64,000 nucleotides of DNA from positions 42,704 to 106,703 of the forward strand of contig JBNKCR010000034.1 in assembly GCA_050287845.1 (NCBI GenBank). Direction: 5' to 3'. Source of the stretch: Polyangia bacterium (GTDB lineage: Bacteria; Myxococcota_A; Polyangia; JAAYKL01). A model generated the notes under the pieces. It worked only from the letters and a program-made list of their open reading frames with translations, searched no databases and was not told the DNA's origin. The translations under genes were made by a program, and so were the position numbers. Positions 10,932 to 21,538 of the stretch are shown here, one piece after another; position 1 is the first letter of the stretch, and each line of letters opens with the position of its first letter.

Positions 10932-11788
10932 GCGGAAGAACGTTTGGGATTTGTATCACCGTACAGGAGGAGGGGGGCGAAGACCTGCCCTGGGAGCTGC
11001 ACGACCTGGGCGCTGCGGGGGTGGAGACCCGGGACGCAACCACCATGACGGGGGTGACAGCAGCTGATACCGTGGTGTATATTGCCGGATTTGGTGATGA
11101 AAGCCGTCGAAATCAGGCGGCGGAGGTACTGGGTCGGAAATATCCGGGCCTGGAACTGTCGCGATTGGAAATTACGGACGATGGCTGGAGTGAGGGATGG
11201 AAGAAGTTTTTCAAACCGGTGGTGCTCGAAAAGGTGCAGGTTATCACGCCCTGGATGGAGGCTCCCGAAGAGCGGGACGTGACGATTGTGATTGATCCCG
11301 GACAGGCCTTTGGCACCGGTGGCCATGCCACCACCCGGCTTATGCTGCAATTCATCGAAAAGCGCAGTGCCCCGGGGTTTCCGGAGACGATTCTCGACGT
11401 GGGGACCGGATCCGGAGTACTGGCCATCGCCTGCGCCAGACTTGGCGCGTCCGCAGTTGTGGGGTTTGATGTGGAGGAACCGGCAGTGGATGCCGCCAGG
11501 GAGAATGCGAAGCGCAACCATGTGGGCGATGCCGTGTCCGTGATGGTGGCGTCCCCGGAACTGGTGAAAGGTCAGTGGCCCATGGTTCTGGCCAATATTC
11601 AACTGGCCGTTTTTCTCGAACACGCCGACAACATCGCGAATCTGGTGTCCCCCGGTGGCACATTGCTTATCAGCGGCATCCTGGCGGAGCAGCGGGAACG
11701 TTGTCTCGCACTGTGGCCACAGTTTTCACTTCGTGAAGTGATGCAGGAAGAAGAATGGCTTGCCATGCGTCTGGAGAAGAATTCATGA
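10928..11788 (+). CDS. prmA: 50S ribosomal protein L11 methyltransferase
   Basis: WSEGWKKFFKP, IDPGQAFGTGGHATT, LDVGTGSGVLAI, LANI, ISGIL motifs. Confidence 0.95.
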   Translation: MSGRTFGICITVQEEGGEDLPWELHDLGAAGVETRDATTMTGVTAADTVVYIAGFGDESRRNQAAEVLGRKYPGLELSRLEITDDGWSEGWKKFFKPVVLEKVQVITPWMEAPEERDVTIVIDPGQAFGTGGHATTRLMLQFIEKRSAPGFPETILDVGTGSGVLAIACARLGASAVVGFDVEEPAVDAARENAKRNHVGDAVSVMVASPELVKGQWPMVLANIQLAVFLEHADNIANLVSPGGTLLISGILAEQRERCLALWPQFSLREVMQEEEWLAMRLEKNS

Positions 11789-12513
11789 CGCGAATTCTGC
11801 TGTCGACCTCCCTGGGTGACGTTTCTTCCGGAGAGGTGGTGGAAGTGACCGGAGAGGAACTGCACTATCTGAAAAATGTCCGACGCCACGGTGCGGGAGA
11901 TACGGTGATTCTGGTGGACAACGATGCCAACAGTTTTGAAGCGATTGTGCTGCGGGTGGACAGTGCTCAGGCCACCCTGTCGCTCGGGCAGCCGTTGACC
12001 AATGGCGTGGTGCCGCTGAACGTGCACATTCTGGCTGCGGTACCTAAGGAGAAGCTCCTTGATGATGTGGTGCGCAAGCTCAGTGAACTGGGGGTGAACC
12101 GGTTCACTCCGCTTATCTGTGAACGGTCGTCGGTTGTGCCCGGTGCACAACGTCAGGAACGGTGGCAGCGTATTGCGACACAGTCGATGCGGCAATGTCG
12201 GCGGCAGCGGGTGCTGGACATCGATTCGGCGGTCGATTTTGACACGGCAGTGCGCACCCTCCGGGCCGCGCATCGATTCATGCTGCATCCGGACGGTGGC
12301 GTGACCCTGGGAGCGCTGATGCAATCGCGGGGTGAAGGGGACACGGCCATTCTCGTCGGTCCGGAAGGTGGTTTTTCGCCCCGGGAGGTGGCATTGGCCA
12401 CTGAACATTCGTTTAAGTCGATGCGGGCGGGACACTCCATTTTGCGTATGGAAACCGCAATGCTGGTGGCATCGGTGGCGGGCATTGCGATGCTTGGCGG
12501 GTATGACGTGTGA
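11785..12513 (+). CDS. rsmE: 16S rRNA m3U1498 methyltransferase
   Basis: HYLKNVRR, KLSELGV, LVGPEGGFS, ILRMETA motifs; ATGA overlap with prmA. Confidence 0.93.
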   Translation: MTRILLSTSLGDVSSGEVVEVTGEELHYLKNVRRHGAGDTVILVDNDANSFEAIVLRVDSAQATLSLGQPLTNGVVPLNVHILAAVPKEKLLDDVVRKLSELGVNRFTPLICERSSVVPGAQRQERWQRIATQSMRQCRRQRVLDIDSAVDFDTAVRTLRAAHRFMLHPDGGVTLGALMQSRGEGDTAILVGPEGGFSPREVALATEHSFKSMRAGHSILRMETAMLVASVAGIAMLGGYDV

Positions 12514-12686
12514 ACCAGCGCTGTCGGACCCGGCTGAGGGAAGGTGTCGCATGTGGTCTGTCCGGTGACAGAAACGTTTTGTGCTATATTCTTGATCTTG
12601 GCGGCAATTCAGGGAAAGATGGCGAGAAAGTTAATGACAAATATTCATTGGAAACATAAGGGATGTTTCGTTATGCTGGCGGTTCT

Positions 12687-15600
12687 ATGGGCGCTTTAAG
12701 TTCACTACTCGTTCAAAATCAGATTCTGAGTGTCACTCAGATTGAGCAGGCACTGCAACGTCAGGTAATTCTTGGCGGTGATCTGCCGACCATACTCCTT
12801 GAGTTGCGCATGCTGGACGAGAAGTTGCTGGCCACTTACATGAGCAGGGTGGTCGGGATTACGGAACTCGACAGCGCTTTGTATGATTCGCCGGATTTAT
12901 CTCTTGGAGAGTTGATTTCCAGAGATACCGCAGTATCGTGCAGGGCGGTTCCCATTCGGAAAGACGAAAAGCTCGTTGTTGCAGTAACCGGCACACTGTC
13001 GCAGACATGCATTGAAAGATTGCAGGTTGAGTCGGGAATGATGGTGGTGCCGAATCTGATCCTGGAATTCCGGTTTGCGCTGCTGTTGAATCAGATGTAT
13101 GGCGTTCCATTGCCCGGCCGGATGACACCCCTTCAGAAAAAGCTGTTACCCGATTTCAAGCCGTCGCAGTTTGTCCCGGAGAAAACATCATTTGAACGTC
13201 CCGCTGCCAAATCCGAATCTTCAGCCGAGCTGGAAAATGAGGTGGATGAGAAAATTTCGGTCTCCGTGAAATCCACCCAAAAACGCGGCGCAGAGCCTAC
13301 GAGTCGGTTGTATCGGAGCGATCAACCCATTCAGAAGCTGGTTATCGGGAAAGAGCCGGCTTCCGAAGATGACGTGGAAAAGGACGACGAATCCACAAGC
13401 CCCCCCAGACGGGATACGCCGCTTCGAATCGATGATATCGCTGCCCGGGTGCGGCTGACGGCACCACCGGAATCCATAATGCCCGATCCGGAGGCGCTGG
13501 AGTCCGAAGCAGAAACAGAATTTGCGTCATCGGTACCGGCCAGACCTGCCGTGACCATCCCGCCGGGAAGGGCATCGGATCCGGGAATGCCCCTTTTGAC
13601 CCGCAAGAATCTGAAAAAGCGTCTACTCAGTTTTTCTGAAGCTGCGGAGATGTTGGAGAAGGCGGAGAATCGCGATGAAATCATGGAAACCTTTTTCCAT
13701 TTTGCACATCAGGCGTTTGATTTTACCTTTCTGGCGGTGGTTCATGGAGAGGATGCCGCAGGAAGACTGGCGGCATATCGGGGCGGCAGTTTCAATGACG
13801 CTGATTTTGTGTCCATTCAGCTCAACGAAGGCGGGCTTTTTGAGAAGGCCTACAAAACCACCGAATATCAGATTGGCCCGATGGATGACATGGCCGGCTT
13901 GAATGCACTGAATCAGCTGGGACTGGATGTTCCGCTGAATGCAACCGTTATTCCGGTTGTGTTGAAGCGTCGCGTTATTCTGTTGCTTTACGGCGACAGC
14001 GGGCATCACGGCATTCGCGCCAGGCGGGTCGATCGCATATTTGAGTTTTCAAAGCTGGTGGCTTCGGCGTTCGAGCGGTTGTTACTGGCGAGAAAACTGA
14101 GAAAATTCAGCAGTGTACCCCCCCCACCCGCCGCGTCACAGGGAGATGATGCGAATGAGGCGATTAAGGTGGACTCGAAAACTGTGGCAAGGCGGAAACG
14201 GGATTTATCTGCGTTTTTAAATTCGGGAATGGGCGGTGACGAGATCAGGGAGGGGTCGACGAACGGTCCGGACGACGTGGTATCGGCTTCGGCAACGGAT
14301 TTGGAATCAGCGCTGGCTGGCAGTCGTTTTATTCCTGACTCCGAAAAATTGACTGTTCATGCGCCGGACATCGTTGAACGCACACTCGGGGAAGATGCGA
14401 AGAAAGCCACCGTGTCATCGGTTCCGCCCACCACGTTGGTGGACACAGATGCGCCTTCGGATCCGACTCAGCCGACGGTACGGATTTCTGTTTCGTCGAG
14501 GGGGTCGGTAAAACAGGTTGCCGATCATGATACCACGTTGAGAATTCAGGTGGAGGGGAAAGCCAAACGACCCGAGGCAACGGACACGCCACATCGTGCA
14601 GGCATCCGGATGATTCCGCCCATTCGTGTGGGTGAATCCAAATCCAGAGCGTCGCTGACGGATGACCTGCGTCCCTCATTGACAGATGAGGCAAAACCGA
14701 CTCCCGTTCAGGAATCGGAATTATCTGCGACCCAGAATACGATTGAAGCGGGTGAGTCGACAAAGGTTGTGACTACTTCTCCGTATGCCAGACCGGATGC
14801 CGCATCGCTGGATACTCCCCAGCCGGACGAGCCGATGTCTTCATATGTGCCGCGAACATCGGTCGCCGATGGACGGTACATGCAGGTGGATCGGGAGTTT
14901 CAGAGCGGAGATCACAGAGAACGCAGAAAGACCGCCCAACAGTACATGTTGGAACCGGATGTTCGCAGTACCAGGAATTTGGGCGCTCCCGGGTCTTCAT
15001 CGGGTGATGCTGATACCCCGCCGATTGTGCTCACGAAGGAAGATATGCGCCGAACAGCCGGATATGCGGATAACATTCTGCAGAGTGTTGCAGGTGCGGC
15101 GGGAGTAGACATCGACGTCGAAGCGCCGAAGTCGTCCGGGGAAGTGGAGACCTCATCTCAGGGGGAGCATAACGGGGAAACGGGTGTGACCGCCGAGACC
15201 CGGTCCGCCTCGGACGAAGAGATGGTGGGGTTGGTGGAAGCACTGGTGTCCGGGAAATTCGACGAACACGTTCCGGCGAGGATTCTTGCGGGTGGGGAGT
15301 TGGCCATTACAGCGTTGATTGAGCATTTTCCAGGGCCACTCAGCTGTGATCGATTTCAGGAGATGGGGCAATTATCCGGGATTTCAAATCATGGGCCGGT
15401 TCTGGGATTGCTGATGCAGTTTGGCAACCGGATAGTGTCCCATGTGCTGCCGCTTCTCGAAAGTTTTGATTCAGAGATTCGGTTTTATGCCACTTTCGTT
15501 TTATATGAACTGGGCAATCGGGAGGTACTCTACCAACTGGTGAAACGGGTATTCGACAATGACCGTCAGATTCGTTCAATGGCGGTGGAAGCACTGAAGG

Positions 15601-16085
15601 CCCATCGGGATGCCTTTGAGTACAAGTCCTGTGTCGAAGATATTTCGATGATTCTGGTTGGGGCCATGTCAACCCTCGAAAAGAAACGGATTGCAGCGGA
15701 TGCGCTGGCCAGGTTGGCTGATCCGATGACTGTCGAGCCATTGACCACAATGCTCGGATCCGTTGATGGGATTCTGGCGGAACGCTGTCAGCGGGCACTG
15801 GTGAAAATTGCCTTCAGAGATTTCGGTTTTTCAGAGAAACGATGGATGGACTGGTACCGGAAGCACCGGAGCGAACATCGGTTGTCATGGGCCATCGAAG
15901 GTATTGTTGAGAAAAACGAGGATATCAGTCGTCGGGCGCTTCGGGTGTTACAGGATGAGGTGGGAGAACAATTTGATTTTCCCCTCGGCCCGCTGAGTTC
16001 CAGTCAGCGCAAGGATTTGCACAGACAGTTGCAGCACTGGTGGAAGAGTGAGGGAAAGCGACTTTTTCCCGATATTCCGGAATAA
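12687..16085 (+). CDS. FrgA-like multidomain protein (degenerate MshEN/T2SSE_N N-terminus, GAF-like domain, disordered linker, HEAT repeats)
   Basis: N-terminus LSSLLVQNQILSVTQIEQALQRQVILGG, central LLLYGD GAF-like segment, long P/S/E-rich linker, C-terminal HEAT-like repeats. Start could alternatively be 12663. Confidence 0.6.
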   Translation: MGALSSLLVQNQILSVTQIEQALQRQVILGGDLPTILLELRMLDEKLLATYMSRVVGITELDSALYDSPDLSLGELISRDTAVSCRAVPIRKDEKLVVAVTGTLSQTCIERLQVESGMMVVPNLILEFRFALLLNQMYGVPLPGRMTPLQKKLLPDFKPSQFVPEKTSFERPAAKSESSAELENEVDEKISVSVKSTQKRGAEPTSRLYRSDQPIQKLVIGKEPASEDDVEKDDESTSPPRRDTPLRIDDIAARVRLTAPPESIMPDPEALESEAETEFASSVPARPAVTIPPGRASDPGMPLLTRKNLKKRLLSFSEAAEMLEKAENRDEIMETFFHFAHQAFDFTFLAVVHGEDAAGRLAAYRGGSFNDADFVSIQLNEGGLFEKAYKTTEYQIGPMDDMAGLNALNQLGLDVPLNATVIPVVLKRRVILLLYGDSGHHGIRARRVDRIFEFSKLVASAFERLLLARKLRKFSSVPPPPAASQGDDANEAIKVDSKTVARRKRDLSAFLNSGMGGDEIREGSTNGPDDVVSASATDLESALAGSRFIPDSEKLTVHAPDIVERTLGEDAKKATVSSVPPTTLVDTDAPSDPTQPTVRISVSSRGSVKQVADHDTTLRIQVEGKAKRPEATDTPHRAGIRMIPPIRVGESKSRASLTDDLRPSLTDEAKPTPVQESELSATQNTIEAGESTKVVTTSPYARPDAASLDTPQPDEPMSSYVPRTSVADGRYMQVDREFQSGDHRERRKTAQQYMLEPDVRSTRNLGAPGSSSGDADTPPIVLTKEDMRRTAGYADNILQSVAGAAGVDIDVEAPKSSGEVETSSQGEHNGETGVTAETRSASDEEMVGLVEALVSGKFDEHVPARILAGGELAITALIEHFPGPLSCDRFQEMGQLSGISNHGPVLGLLMQFGNRIVSHVLPLLESFDSEIRFYATFVLYELGNREVLYQLVKRVFDNDRQIRSMAVEALKAHRDAFEYKSCVEDISMILVGAMSTLEKKRIAADALARLADPMTVEPLTTMLGSVDGILAERCQRALVKIAFRDFGFSEKRWMDWYRKHRSEHRLSWAIEGIVEKNEDISRRALRVLQDEVGEQFDFPLGPLSSSQRKDLHRQLQHWWKSEGKRLFPDIPE

Positions 16086-16645
16086 TGCCAGTACAGCGGC
16101 GATTGGGGATATTGGGTGGAACGTTTGATCCACCACATCTGTCGCATCTCGAAATGGCGGATATGGTTTACGGGCGCGGGTTGGTGGACCGGGTGCTCAT
16201 GATTCCATGCTATCATCATGCGTTCGGTAAAACCCCCGTGGTATTTGATCATCGCCTGGAGATGTGCCGTCTTTTAACCAGAAATTATTCATATATCGAC
16301 GTGCTTGACGTGGAACGGAAAATGACGAATCCCGGCCGAACCCTTGAGCTGCTTACGGTGCTGGAATCCATGTTTCCGGATGCCACGTTTCGTCTTCTGG
16401 CCGGGGGAGATATTTATGAAGAGCGTCATAAATGGTATCAGTTTGATCTGGTGGAAAAAAAGGCGCCACTCATTTATCTGTCGAGGAAGGGCGTTCCGGC
16501 AAATGATGCGGAATGGCTCGATGCGCCGACGGAGATGAGTTCGAGTGATATCCGGCAGAAACTTGTCCGGCATGAGAGCGTGTCGGGACTTCTGTCCGAT
16601 GCCGTGTTTGCGTATATTGTTGAACATCAACTGTATGGAGTATGA
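16085..16645 (+). CDS. nadD: Nicotinate-nucleotide adenylyltransferase
   Basis: GILGGTFDPPHLSH, AGGD, W and MSSSDIR motifs. Confidence 0.9.
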   Translation: MPVQRRLGILGGTFDPPHLSHLEMADMVYGRGLVDRVLMIPCYHHAFGKTPVVFDHRLEMCRLLTRNYSYIDVLDVERKMTNPGRTLELLTVLESMFPDATFRLLAGGDIYEERHKWYQFDLVEKKAPLIYLSRKGVPANDAEWLDAPTEMSSSDIRQKLVRHESVSGLLSDAVFAYIVEHQLYGV

Positions 16646-17526
16646 GTATGGGAAGAAAAGTGTTTGTCATTGGCTGTGGCGCGGTTGGAACATCCCTTGG
16701 TTTCGCGCTGCGCAAAGCTGGCCGGGATGTGGTGGGAATCTATGATATCGATTCCCGACAGGCCCGAAAATCTTCGGAAATTATCGGCACCCGGGGATTT
16801 GGCGGTGCGCTGCCGGAAATGGTGAAGACAGCGGACACGGTGGTTGTGACAACGCCGGATAAAAATATCGAGCATGTGGTGGCGCTGGTGCAGGCGGAGG
16901 AACTTTACAGCGAAAATCAGATATGGATTCACTGTTCAGGTCATCTGGCGGCAGATGTCTTTGATTCGATTCGCAGCCATGTGAAAGGGGTGGCCACCAT
17001 GCATCCCGCATATGTGTTTCCGCCACATCAGTGCACGCGGATTCCCGAGGGTGTCGGGTTTGCCATTGACGGAGATGACGCGGGAAAGGAGAAGGTGAGA
17101 GAGCATGTGGCGCTTCTCAAAGGCCATGTGGTAGAAATTGAGCCGGCATTGCGCCCCCGCTATCACGCAGCGATGGTGATGGCGAGCAACTACATCGTGA
17201 CTCAGCTTTCCAGCGCCAGAAACATTCTGTCCACGGCGGGCATTGGCGACGCGGAGACAGATGAATTGCTTATCCGGCTTGCGGGAAGTGCATTGGACAA
17301 GGCGCGCAGTCTTGGAATAGGGCATTCATTGAGCGGACCGGTACGTCGCGGCGATGTGGGGGTGGTGGCCGATCATCTCAAAGCGCTTGTGGACCTGCCC
17401 ATTGTCCTTCAATTGTATATTGCCGCCGGAAAAGCAGCCGTGGAGCTGGCTGCATCAGAACCGGGATATTGTCAGGATACGGCGCAGACCCTCAGGGAAA
17501 TGTTCGAAAAAACGGGCCATCAGTGA
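16642..17526 (+). CDS. Rossmann-like plus DUF2520 protein (PanG-type ketopantoate reductase candidate)
   Basis: IGCGAVG, TTPD, HCSG, MHP, YHAAMVMASNY, LSGPVRRGD motifs. Confidence 0.85.
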   Translation: MSMGRKVFVIGCGAVGTSLGFALRKAGRDVVGIYDIDSRQARKSSEIIGTRGFGGALPEMVKTADTVVVTTPDKNIEHVVALVQAEELYSENQIWIHCSGHLAADVFDSIRSHVKGVATMHPAYVFPPHQCTRIPEGVGFAIDGDDAGKEKVREHVALLKGHVVEIEPALRPRYHAAMVMASNYIVTQLSSARNILSTAGIGDAETDELLIRLAGSALDKARSLGIGHSLSGPVRRGDVGVVADHLKALVDLPIVLQLYIAAGKAAVELAASEPGYCQDTAQTLREMFEKTGHQ

Positions 17527-17539
17527 CAAGAGATGCGTT

Positions 17540-18340
17540 TCACTCCGGCGTCCCATCGATCATGCGGCGATTGGGCAATGCCTGAGTGAATTCCCGCAGA
17601 GATATCTCTCTGGCGCGGTATCGGCCAGCCGCATTCAGATACTGGATGGCGGATTCCATTGCCCGGGCGGTGAGTTGCAGTGTGGCTTGTTTCAGCTGCG
17701 GGTTTTGGGGTGCGCGAGTGTTGAGCCAGGGGAACCACGGTTTGCTGTAAAGATATCCGAAGGCGCGAAAGCTCCGTTGCCATCTGGCGAGCGTGACGTC
17801 CGCCGGAGCTCCGGGATACAGCCCAGAAAACACCGCACTGGTGAAACGGCACCAGTCCTGATGCGGGAAGAGCCATGTGACGCGAGCGGTGTACGCCGTG
17901 CCGACACCACCGTGTCCAAGCAGTTCCTGATGAGCCAGGATACCCATCTGGCGTTCGAGGGTGTCGTGAGAAATGGTGGTATTCTGAATGCGCCGTTCAA
18001 TTTCAGCATGAAATACAATATCCACTGCGAAGTGGGTCAGTGCCCCATATGCCATTGCCAGGTGTTCGCCGGATTGGGCCCCATCGACAAGTTCGACACA
18101 TAATTTCCGGCATTGCCCGTTGTGAATGGCCTGACCGAAGGGATGATAGACCGATGGCAGACCGAAAAGAATCTGCCATCCGGATAGCAGCAGGGTGTCG
18201 TAATAGGGCAGGTCAAACAGTGCGCTGCCGAGGAAGTATGCATCCGGGTGCAGTTGAATCAGATTCTGCACCGGTGCGGTCAGTTCCGGATGTTCGGCAA
18301 TCCGGTGGGCCAGGGTAAGGTGGAGCAGGGTGTCCGCCAT
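17540..18340 (-). CDS. Zinc-dependent phospholipase C family protein
   Basis: N-terminal His (TLLH), FLGSALFDLPYY, GALTHFAVDIVFH and HDTLE zinc-ligand pattern. Confidence 0.7.
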   Translation of the reverse strand: MADTLLHLTLAHRIAEHPELTAPVQNLIQLHPDAYFLGSALFDLPYYDTLLLSGWQILFGLPSVYHPFGQAIHNGQCRKLCVELVDGAQSGEHLAMAYGALTHFAVDIVFHAEIERRIQNTTISHDTLERQMGILAHQELLGHGGVGTAYTARVTWLFPHQDWCRFTSAVFSGLYPGAPADVTLARWQRSFRAFGYLYSKPWFPWLNTRAPQNPQLKQATLQLTARAMESAIQYLNAAGRYRAREISLREFTQALPNRRMIDGTPE

Positions 18341-18591
18341 TACAGCAGCGGGGAATATTCGGGGCTATCGACTCTTTCGATGCCCAGTTCTTCAACAAGT
18401 GCATCAATCAGGTTTTCGGCATCGGCAAGGAAGTGAGGGGCAATGGTTAAATCCAGTATTTCCGGCGTTTCCACTCGGGTGGTGGGGTTGGCAATCCCGT
18501 CGTGGGATTCCAGACACCATCGGATATAACCAATATCCCTGATATTCACCTTAATTGAGCGGACGGGCATTTTGCGGTTGAGATCGTTCAT
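18340..18591 (-). CDS. Small conserved protein, DUF4911-like
   Basis: DIGYIRWCLESHDGIA...T pattern; abuts the downstream gene. Confidence 0.6.
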   Translation of the reverse strand: MNDLNRKMPVRSIKVNIRDIGYIRWCLESHDGIANPTTRVETPEILDLTIAPHFLADAENLIDALVEELGIERVDSPEYSPLL

Positions 18592-18708
18592 GGCCGCTTC
18601 TTATCACAGAACAAAAATGGGAAGAAAAATAAAAGGTCATTTTTTTTGACCGTTATCCTACACATCCCTACAATGTATTCAGGGTGGACTGAATATAGAG
18701 GAAATATC

Positions 18709-19671
18709 ATGAAAAAGCGTTTGAATCTGATAACTGCGGGAATTGGCAGCGGACTTGTGTTGGCCTGGTTGACAGGCTGTGCCGCCGAATCGGCACAGAA
18801 AAGCAGCGACCACATGCGGGATCTGGAAAAACAGGTGATGCAGCTGAAGGCGGAGAACGCCAATCTGCAGGCGCGAACCAGGGAGCTGGATGACAAGGTG
18901 TTGCTGTACGAAAAGATGGCAACCATGGAAACGCGCAAAAAGTCAAAGGATGGCATGCGAACGGTGCGTCTCACGCCGGACGGCGTCGCTGCGGACGGGA
19001 TATACGCGAATGCGGAAGAACCATATAGCGAAGAAGCCAGTGTTTCGTTCAGAGAGCAGTTTGCCGACGGTGAAGGTGACGCTGAAGATCGTCCGGTACT
19101 GCGACTGAATGAGGGGTCTCTTGCCCGGTATGACAACTCAACTCTTTCCAGCACGAATCATCAGAGGTCGTCCTCGCCGTCATGGAAAGACATTCCGGTA
19201 ACAAATCAGGGCGATAACCTGGGGGTGGTTTCCGCGGATGGCCAGCTTGAGCAGGCCGAGGCGGATTCGATGGATTTATTCAATGCGGCGTATCGGTCAT
19301 ATAACAATCGGGATTATGCTGCGGCGCTGGCCGGGTTCTCCACATTTCTTCAGCGGGAGAGCAATCATCGCTTTGCGGACAATGCCGTGTTCTGGATTGC
19401 CGAATGCTATCTGGCAATGGGCAAGCAATTCAAGGCGGTAGGCGAATTTGAACGGTTGCTCCGGCGGTATCCCAAATCGGAGCAGGCGGCATCCAGTATG
19501 TACCGCATCGGATTCATTTACGACCAGATGCAGGATATGGCGAAGGCCAGGGAATACTATTTCAGAGTCGTGGAAAAATTTCCCGGCACCGAAGCCGCCA
19601 GGAAGGCGAGTAGACGAATGTCGGACGATAACGGCGGTGCCAGACTGGTCCGGACGTCGGCAAAAAGGTGA
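18709..19671 (+). CDS. cpoB: Tol-Pal system protein YbgF/CpoB-like lipoprotein
   Basis: Lipobox LTGC, coiled coil, C-terminal TPRs with FADNAVFWIAECY and KFPGTEAA. Confidence 0.8.
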   Translation: MKKRLNLITAGIGSGLVLAWLTGCAAESAQKSSDHMRDLEKQVMQLKAENANLQARTRELDDKVLLYEKMATMETRKKSKDGMRTVRLTPDGVAADGIYANAEEPYSEEASVSFREQFADGEGDAEDRPVLRLNEGSLARYDNSTLSSTNHQRSSSPSWKDIPVTNQGDNLGVVSADGQLEQAEADSMDLFNAAYRSYNNRDYAAALAGFSTFLQRESNHRFADNAVFWIAECYLAMGKQFKAVGEFERLLRRYPKSEQAASSMYRIGFIYDQMQDMAKAREYYFRVVEKFPGTEAARKASRRMSDDNGGARLVRTSAKR

Positions 19672-20942
19672 AGATGATGAACATTTTTTTGAGGGTTGGT
19701 ATTTATTTCGGTGTGCTCGGACTGTCCATTTCCGGTGGTTCTGTGGCAGTGGCAAAGGATTTCACTTTTGGCGGCAGTATGGATGCCAGTGGTGGAACCG
19801 ATGGAAATAACGACTTCAATGCCAGTGGGGATGTGGATATGCGCGGCGAGGAGGCAGGGAAGTACGAGCGCGATATGAAGCCCGGATTGACCGTGTACTC
19901 CCCCGAGCCGCCTCAGTCCGCACTTGCGGTGGCTGCGGCGAATCGCCAATCAATTTCTATCGGACCCAAACCGGCCCCTGCCATGGAGGAGTCCGAAGAA
20001 AAGATGAGCATTAAAAAGGTGCACACGGTGCAGACCGGTGACACGCTCTGGGACATCTGCACCACGTACTTCGGAGACCCCTACGTGTGGCCGCGAATCT
20101 GGTCTTACAATCCGAAAATTACAAACCCCAACTGGATTTACCCGGGAGATACCCTGTGGCTGGCGCCACCAATGCTGGAGCCAACCACCGCGATTGCGGA
20201 ATCCGGTCCGCCCAACGCCGCGCAACTGGCTGCGGCAAGACGCCGGGCGGATGCAATTCTGTCCCGGAACCGGGGATTCGTGGATTCGAAGGTCCTGGCG
20301 CAGTCGGGGGTGGTCAGCGGTGCGCAAAAGGAAATTACATTGCTTTCTCAATTTGATGAAGCCTATGTGGCGTTTGAGCAGAACAAAGATGTTCAGGTGG
20401 GGGATGAATTTGCGGCCTATCGAATATTGAAGGCAGTGAATGCCGTGGATGATCCGGAAACCGAAGTGGGGAAACTGGTAGAAATTCTGGGCGCGGTCCG
20501 CGTGATCAGTTTTGATAAGAAACAGCGGATTGCCCGGGTGGTAATTGATGAATCCATGCATCCCATTGAGCGGGGCACCATGATTGGACCCGTGCATCGG
20601 CGATTTGATCTGGTTCCCTCAAGGGTCAACGAAAAAGAATTGAAGGGCAACATTGTGGCCCATCTCGATCCGACCGTATTGTTCAGCCAGCATCAGATTG
20701 TTTTTGTGGATAAAGGGCAAACGGATGGGGTTCGCGAAGGCAACCGATTTTTTGTGGTGAAAAAACGGGATTTCTATCGGGAAAGTCTGAAGCAGCCAGA
20801 TGCACATGAGGGGTATCCGTACGAGGTGCTCGCCGAACTGCGCGTTCTGGAAACACGCCCGGGCACATCCACCTGCCTGGTCACCGGTGCCACCCGCGCC
20901 CTCGAAGATGGCGCTGAGGTGGAAATGGTCAAAGGCTACTGA
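19668..20942 (+). CDS. LysM peptidoglycan-binding secreted protein
   Basis: Signal peptide; HTVQTGDTLWDI...WPRIWSYNPKITNPNWIYPGD. Exact start (19668/19674/19677) is uncertain. Confidence 0.85.
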   Translation: MKMMNIFLRVGIYFGVLGLSISGGSVAVAKDFTFGGSMDASGGTDGNNDFNASGDVDMRGEEAGKYERDMKPGLTVYSPEPPQSALAVAAANRQSISIGPKPAPAMEESEEKMSIKKVHTVQTGDTLWDICTTYFGDPYVWPRIWSYNPKITNPNWIYPGDTLWLAPPMLEPTTAIAESGPPNAAQLAAARRRADAILSRNRGFVDSKVLAQSGVVSGAQKEITLLSQFDEAYVAFEQNKDVQVGDEFAAYRILKAVNAVDDPETEVGKLVEILGAVRVISFDKKQRIARVVIDESMHPIERGTMIGPVHRRFDLVPSRVNEKELKGNIVAHLDPTVLFSQHQIVFVDKGQTDGVREGNRFFVVKKRDFYRESLKQPDAHEGYPYEVLAELRVLETRPGTSTCLVTGATRALEDGAEVEMVKGY

Positions 20943-20946
20943 CCGT

Positions 20947-21387
20947 TCATTTCCGCTTTCGCTTCTGTATGGCTGCCATGGCGGCTTTCTGTTCTTCCAG
21001 TAAATGCCGGAGCAGTTCCTTCAGCGTAAATGTCATATTGGTGGGCGTGGTGGTGGCGAACACCGGGCGACTGAGCCCATTTTTTGAAAACCCCCGCATG
21101 ATGGTCTGAACATCGGCCGAGGTCATGCCGGAAAACACCATCACGTGTGGCAGCGCGCCATCGGCGGCCGGGGCCTCCTGTGAGTCGCTGGACAGCACCG
21201 ATTCCAGTGTGTCGTTCAATTGTGATTCGCTGCAGGGGCGAACGGGGACGTCATGGTATCCCAGCGAAAGAAGAAAAGCAGACAGCGCTGTAACTTCCTG
21301 CGAATTGTATCCGCTCACCAGGAATGCCCTCGGCCCGGGAAAGAGTCGGTTATCATTTTTCAGGGGTTCAAAGTCTGTATCAGTCAT
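20947..21387 (-). CDS. DUF3783-like protein
   Basis: VMVFSGM...RPVFATTTPTNMTFTLKELLRHLLEE pattern. Confidence 0.65.
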   Translation of the reverse strand: MTDTDFEPLKNDNRLFPGPRAFLVSGYNSQEVTALSAFLLSLGYHDVPVRPCSESQLNDTLESVLSSDSQEAPAADGALPHVMVFSGMTSADVQTIMRGFSKNGLSRPVFATTTPTNMTFTLKELLRHLLEEQKAAMAAIQKRKRK

Positions 21388-21538
21388 GGCGGAACTGTAT
21401 CACGGTATGGCGGATGATCCAGCGGAATTGCCATTGTGCTGAATGTTGGGTCGTTCAAAGTGTGCTACCCTGTCGATATAAGGTGGAAAGCGTCTGTTGA
21501 ACGCCAATTGCCAACCGGTAGTACGAGGAGCAGTGAAA

